64,000 bases of DNA from an uncultured Enterobacterales bacterium (GTDB taxonomy: Bacteria; Pseudomonadota; Gammaproteobacteria; Enterobacterales; CALYQQ01): NCBI GenBank assembly GCA_945288535.1, contig CALYQQ010000016.1, positions 1,407 through 65,406 of the forward strand, in the 5' to 3' direction. The position numbers and the translations under genes are program-made. This document shows, in pieces, positions 58,704 through 64,000 of this stretch; the stretch's first letter is position 1; the number at the start of each line of letters is the position of its first letter. The notes under the pieces were generated by a model. It did no database searches, was not told the DNA's origin, and was given only the letters and a program-made list of their open reading frames with translations.

Positions 58704-60131
58704 TTATTTTTTGTGTGCTTTCATATTAGGTAAATCAGTAATACTACCTTCAAAAATCTCAGCTGCTAAACCAACAGATTCATGTAATGTCGGGTGAGCA
58801 TGAATAGTTAAAGCAATATCTTCTGCATCACATCCCATTTCAATTGCTAGACCAATTTCTCCTAGCAATTCACCACCATTACTTCCGACGATAGCACCAC
58901 CTAAAATACGATTGGTATCTTTATCAAAAATTAATTTGGTTATCCCTTCTGAACAATCCGATGCAATTGCTCGGCCAGATGCAGACCAGGGAAAGATAGA
59001 GACTTCGTAATTAAGATTTTGTTCTTTTGCTTCCTTTTCTGTCATTCCAACCCAAGCAACTTCAGGTTCAGTATATGCAATAGAAGGGATTACTTTCGGA
59101 TCAAAATAATGTTTTTTACCAGAAATAACTTCTGCAGCCACATGGCCTTCATGAACTCCTTTATGCGCGAGCATAGGTTGGCCAACAATATCACCAATAG
59201 CAAAAATATGTGATACATTTGTTCTTAATTGCTTATCAACACGTATAAAACCACGTTCATCGACGTTGATACCTGCTTTTTCAGCGTCAAGTGTTTTGCC
59301 GTTTGGTGTACGACCAATGGCAACTAGCACAGCATCATAACGTTGAGGCTCTACAGGTATATTTTTACCTTCCATTGAAACATAAATACCGTCCTCTCTG
59401 GCCTCGACTGCAGTAACCTTTGTTTGTAGCATTAAATTAAATTTGTTTTTAATTTGATTTGTGAACGTTTTTACTACATCTTTATCTGCTGCGGGGATCA
59501 ATTGATCTGCCATTTCGACAACATCAATTTGTGAACCTAGTGCATGATATACTGTTCCCATTTCAAGACCGATAATACCACCGCCCATAATGAGTAACCG
59601 TTCGGGTACTGTTTTTAAATCAAGTGCATCTGTTGAATCCCAAACGCGGGGATCTTCGTGAGGTATAAAGGGCAACTGTACCGGCCTAGAACCTGCAGCA
59701 ATAATTGCATTCTGAAATTTGATGAGCGTAGTACCCTCACTCCCTTCAACACTAATGGTGTTAGGATCAACAAATTTCCCTACACCATTTACTATTTTAA
59801 CTTTACGCATTTTTGCCATAGCAGCTAGTCCACCCGTAAGTTGATGGATAACTTTCTCTTTCCAAACAACAATCTTGCTAATATCTGTTTTAGGTTCACC
59901 AAAAACAATACCATGTTTTGCTAGAGCTTTTGCTTCATCGATAACTTTGGCTACATGTAATAAAGCTTTTGATGGAATACACCCAACATTTAAGCAAACG
60001 CCACCAAGGGTATTGAATCGTTCTACTATAACCGTCTCTAATCCAAGATCAGCACAACGAAATGCTGCTGAATAGCCGGCGGGTCCACCACCAATCACTA
60101 CTACCTGAGTTTTAATTTCAGTACTCATCAT
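58704..60131 (-). CDS. lpdA: Dihydrolipoyl dehydrogenase (E3)
   Basis: GGVCLNVGCIPSK redox disulfide, HAHPTLHE. Confidence 0.98.
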   Translation of the reverse strand: MMSTEIKTQVVVIGGGPAGYSAAFRCADLGLETVIVERFNTLGGVCLNVGCIPSKALLHVAKVIDEAKALAKHGIVFGEPKTDISKIVVWKEKVIHQLTGGLAAMAKMRKVKIVNGVGKFVDPNTISVEGSEGTTLIKFQNAIIAAGSRPVQLPFIPHEDPRVWDSTDALDLKTVPERLLIMGGGIIGLEMGTVYHALGSQIDVVEMADQLIPAADKDVVKTFTNQIKNKFNLMLQTKVTAVEAREDGIYVSMEGKNIPVEPQRYDAVLVAIGRTPNGKTLDAEKAGINVDERGFIRVDKQLRTNVSHIFAIGDIVGQPMLAHKGVHEGHVAAEVISGKKHYFDPKVIPSIAYTEPEVAWVGMTEKEAKEQNLNYEVSIFPWSASGRAIASDCSEGITKLIFDKDTNRILGGAIVGSNGGELLGEIGLAIEMGCDAEDIALTIHAHPTLHESVGLAAEIFEGSITDLPNMKAHKK

Positions 60132-60332
60132 GACCTCTAAAATCATTTTCCGGTTATTGATTTGGTTAATTCATCCATCATATAACCGGAAGTACAAATT
60201 CGGAATGATTTGTTTACAGCGTATAGTGTTATTATATTATCATCGTTTAATAACGGTTATTTTGCTATGCTACATACGCTGATTAAATGCGTTTCTTATC
60301 TAGTGTTTCAGATTTATTATCTTAGACAAAAG

Positions 60333-61958
60333 TTACATTACTAGGCGACGAATGTCAGATAACACCTGATTGATATAAGTAATAAAACGTGCTCCATCAG
60401 CACCGTCAATAACACGATGATCATACGATAATGCTAATGGTAACATTAACTTTGGCGTAAATTCTTTACCATTCCATACAGGTTTCATTGACGATCTTGA
60501 TACACCAAGAATAGCCACTTCAGGCGCATTCACAATCGGTGTAAATGAGGTTCCACCAATACCACCAAGACTTGAAATAGTAAAACATCCTCCTTGCATA
60601 TCTGACGATGTCAGTTTGCCCGCACGTGCTTTTTGTGATATTTCACCTAATTCACGGGACAATTCAATAATGCCTTTTTTATTAACATCACGTAAAACCG
60701 GTACAACTAAACCATTTGGCGTATCGACTGCCACACCAATATTAATATATTTTTTCAATGTTAATCTTTGCCCGTCTTCGGATAACGAGCTATTAAAACG
60801 AGGGTAGGCTTCAAGTGCTTTGGCAACTGCTTTAGCAATAAATACCAGGGGTGTAATTTTTACATTGAGTTTTTGTTTTTCCGCATCACTGTTTTGCTGT
60901 TTTCTAAAAGCTTCTAATTCAGTTATATCAGCTTCATCAAACTGCGTAACATGTGGGATCATAACCCAATTGCGATGTAAGTTAGCACCGGATATTTTTT
61001 GAATACGTCCTAATTCAACTTCTTCAATAGTACCAAATTTACTAAAATCAACTTTTGGCCAAGGTAAAAGACCAGAGAACGCACTTGATGCATTAGCACT
61101 TATCGTACCAGATTCGACTTGGTTAATTAATGTTTTAACAAAGTTTTGTACATCTTCACGTAAAATACGGCCTTTACGTCCAGTACCTTTCACCTTACTT
61201 AAATTAACACCAAACTCACGCGCTAAACGACGAACAACCGGTGTAGCATGAACATAAGCTTCGTTCTCAGTAAACGTGTTATGATTACTCGCATCAACAT
61301 TAGTCTCTTCATCCGCTGCTGGCTTTGTTGGAATAGTTGTTTCAACTTTAGCTTCAATAGGAATATCCTGACGTGGCGATGCGTCAGTTGTTGTTGAACT
61401 TTCTACTTGTTGCGTTGTTTCAAGTATCATAATTAGTGAACCAGTAGAGACTTTATCACCAACTGCAATTTTGATTTCAGCCACTTTACCTGCAAAAGGT
61501 GCCGGCACTTCCATTGATGCCTTATCACCTTCAACAGTAATCATTGACTGATCTGCCTTAATATCTTCACCTACTTTGACTAATATTTCTGTGACTTCAA
61601 CTTCATCACCGCCAATATCAGGTACCATAACTTGTTGTAGAGTGGGTTGTCCTGCAGTATTTGCCGGAGTATTACTTGTTTTTCCCTCATCTGCTATTGC
61701 TGCTTGCATCTCCGGGACAGATACATTCTCAACATCAAAATACATAATAAGCGAACCAGTACTTACTTTATCACCTATTTTTACTTTAATTTCTTTTACA
61801 GTACCAGCTTGTGGAGAGGGGACTTCCATTGACGCCTTATCACCTTCTACTGTGATAAGTGATTGATCAACTTCAATCTTATCCCCTACTTTTACAAGAA
61901 TTTCAGTAACTTCAACCTCATCGGCCCCAATATCAGGAACATTAATTTCAATAGTCAT
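60333..61958 (-). CDS. aceF: Pyruvate dehydrogenase E2, with two lipoyl domains
   Basis: Two [10 protein letters not shown] lipoyl motifs, E3-binding [20 protein letters not shown]. Confidence 0.98.
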   Translation of the reverse strand: MTIEINVPDIGADEVEVTEILVKVGDKIEVDQSLITVEGDKASMEVPSPQAGTVKEIKVKIGDKVSTGSLIMYFDVENVSVPEMQAAIADEGKTSNTPANTAGQPTLQQVMVPDIGGDEVEVTEILVKVGEDIKADQSMITVEGDKASMEVPAPFAGKVAEIKIAVGDKVSTGSLIMILETTQQVESSTTTDASPRQDIPIEAKVETTIPTKPAADEETNVDASNHNTFTENEAYVHATPVVRRLAREFGVNLSKVKGTGRKGRILREDVQNFVKTLINQVESGTISANASSAFSGLLPWPKVDFSKFGTIEEVELGRIQKISGANLHRNWVMIPHVTQFDEADITELEAFRKQQNSDAEKQKLNVKITPLVFIAKAVAKALEAYPRFNSSLSEDGQRLTLKKYINIGVAVDTPNGLVVPVLRDVNKKGIIELSRELGEISQKARAGKLTSSDMQGGCFTISSLGGIGGTSFTPIVNAPEVAILGVSRSSMKPVWNGKEFTPKLMLPLALSYDHRVIDGADGARFITYINQVLSDIRRLVM

Positions 61959-61981
61959 CTATATTACCCCTTAATTACCCC

Positions 61982-64000
61982 TTAAGCCAGACGAGGATTA
62001 ACTTTGTTGGCATCAATATTAAATTTGCTAATCGCATCAGCAACGACGTTTGTATCCAATTTACCCGTTTTCGCTAATTCACCTAAAGCAGCAATAACAA
62101 CATAAGACGCATCAATCTCAAAGTGATGACGTAGATTTTCACGACTATCTGAACGACCAAAACCATCTGTCCCCAAAACTCTGAATTGGTTAGCTGGAAC
62201 ATAATTACGTACTTGCTCAGCAAATAATTTCATATAGTCAGTAGACGCAACTGCTGGTGCATCATTCATTACTTGCGCAATATAGGGTACACGGGCTTGC
62301 TCAAGTGGATGTAACATATTCCAACGTTCACAATCTTGACCATCACGAGCTAATTCGGTAAAGGATGTTACACTGTAAACATCGCTCGCAATATCATACT
62401 CTTTAGATAAGATTTCAGCGGCCTCACGAACATGACGTAAAATTGCGCCAGAACCAAGTAACTGAACTTTCCCTTTTTGACCCGGTAAACTTTCTAATTT
62501 ATAGATTCCTTTACGAATACCTTCTTCAGCACCTTCTGGCATTGCTGGCATACTGTAGTTTTCATTAAGCGTCGTAATATAGTAGAATACGTTCTCACGA
62601 TGCTTACCATACATTCTCTCCAAACCGTCTTGGATGATTACTGCTACTTCATAACAGTAAGCGGGATCATATGAAACACAGTTAGGAATAACTAGCGATT
62701 GAATATGACTATGACCATCTTCATGTTGTAAGCCTTCACCATTCAATGTTGTACGGCCAGATGTTCCTCCGATCAAGAAGCCACGCGCTTGTTGATCACC
62801 TGCAGCCCAACATAAATCTCCGATACGTTGAAAACCAAACATTGAATAGTAAATATAGAATGGGATCATAGGAAGATTATTGGTGCTGTAAGAGGTCGCA
62901 GCAGCTAACCATGATGCACCTGCACCAAGCTCATTAATACCTTCTTGTAGGATTTGACCGTTTTGTTCTTCTTTATAATAAGCAACTTGCTCACGATCTT
63001 GTGGTGTATATAATTGGCCGGCGGCGTTATAAATACCAATTTGACGGAATAACCCCTCCATACCGAATGTACGTGCTTCATCAGCCAGAATAGGTACCAA
63101 TCTAGGCCCTACTGACTTGTTCTTGAGCATGACATTTAAACAGCGAACAAAGGCTATAGTGGTTGAGATTTCTTTTGTTTGCTCGTGCAATAGCGATGAA
63201 AAATCATCTAATGTCGGGATGTCAAGTTGTTCAGTAAAATCTCTTAAACGGCTAGGAACATAGCCTTTTAATGCCTGGCGACGTTCATGCAGATACTTAT
63301 ATTCTTCTGAATTAGGATCAAAAGTGATATATGGTAATTTCTCCAATTCACTATCAGCGACGGGAACATTAAAGCGATCACGGAAATGGCGAATACCATT
63401 TGCATCCATTTTTTTGACTTGGTGAGCATTATTCTTACCTTCTGCGGCATCACCCATACCATAGCCTTTAATGGTTTGCACCAATAAAACTGAAGGGACA
63501 CCTGTTGTTTCTTGGGCTTTTTTCAATGCCGCAAAAACTTTTTTCGGATCATGGCCACCACGATGTAATGCAAAAATTTGCTCATCGCTCATGTCTTGAA
63601 CTAATGCTGCGGTTTCAGGATATTTGCCAAAAAAATGCTCGCGCATATAGGCACCATCTTTTGAAGTAAATCGTTGGAAATCACCATCTAAAGTTTCATT
63701 CATTAACTGAATTAATTTGCCAGAAGTGTCTTTACGGAATAAGGCATCCCAATCACTTCCCCAAATAACTTTAATGACATTCCAGCCAGCGCCTGCAAAG
63801 ATACCTTCTAATTCATTAATAATTTTACCATTGCCCCAAACAGGACCATCGAGTCTTTGCAAATTACAGTTAATAATAAAGACGAGGTTATCTAATTTTT
63901 CACGTGCCGCAACGGTAATAGCACCTTTTGATTCTGGTTCATCCATCTCACCATCACCAAGAAAGGCATAAACAGTTTGTTGTGTTGTATCTTTCAACTT
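61982..64000 (-). CDS. aceE: Pyruvate dehydrogenase E1 (homodimeric type); 5' end outside the window
   Basis: FLGDGEMDEPES TPP motif, GLQHEDGHS, GTDGFGRSD. Confidence 0.98.
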   Translation of the reverse strand, partial: KLKDTTQQTVYAFLGDGEMDEPESKGAITVAAREKLDNLVFIINCNLQRLDGPVWGNGKIINELEGIFAGAGWNVIKVIWGSDWDALFRKDTSGKLIQLMNETLDGDFQRFTSKDGAYMREHFFGKYPETAALVQDMSDEQIFALHRGGHDPKKVFAALKKAQETTGVPSVLLVQTIKGYGMGDAAEGKNNAHQVKKMDANGIRHFRDRFNVPVADSELEKLPYITFDPNSEEYKYLHERRQALKGYVPSRLRDFTEQLDIPTLDDFSSLLHEQTKEISTTIAFVRCLNVMLKNKSVGPRLVPILADEARTFGMEGLFRQIGIYNAAGQLYTPQDREQVAYYKEEQNGQILQEGINELGAGASWLAAATSYSTNNLPMIPFYIYYSMFGFQRIGDLCWAAGDQQARGFLIGGTSGRTTLNGEGLQHEDGHSHIQSLVIPNCVSYDPAYCYEVAVIIQDGLERMYGKHRENVFYYITTLNENYSMPAMPEGAEEGIRKGIYKLESLPGQKGKVQLLGSGAILRHVREAAEILSKEYDIASDVYSVTSFTELARDGQDCERWNMLHPLEQARVPYIAQVMNDAPAVASTDYMKLFAEQVRNYVPANQFRVLGTDGFGRSDSRENLRHHFEIDASYVVIAALGELAKTGKLDTNVVADAISKFNIDANKVNPRLA

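Overview
AT-rich gammaproteobacterial chromosome segment (Enterobacterales/Orbales-like; the taxon cannot be fixed from this window). It is mostly core housekeeping DNA following the E. coli 1.3-2.8 min gene order: rluA(partial)-rapA, thiBPQ with a TPP riboswitch, setA, leuLABCD with an attenuator, an acyl-CoA synthetase, ilvIH, cra, the full mraZ-lpxC dcw cluster, dciA/secM-secA-mutT, yacG-coaE, then an inverted yacL-acnB-lpdA-aceF-aceE(partial) block. Several usual neighbours are absent here: polB/ara, sgrRS, leuO, zapD, guaC. The only clearly accessory stretch is about 9.3-18.0 kb, between setA and leuD. It holds ydfG, an orphan LafK-like sigma54 activator, a stand-alone galE, and two adjacent intact ORFs (Maa-like acetyltransferase, PAP2/AUR1-like membrane protein) that both appear to have lost their catalytic residues. 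It also holds a complete-looking sigma54 promoter (tandem dyads, IHF-like site, -24/-12) in front of an 82-aa unknown protein. No CRISPR array, IS element, prophage, tRNA or rRNA was seen. All calls come from reading motifs by eye, without database searches.
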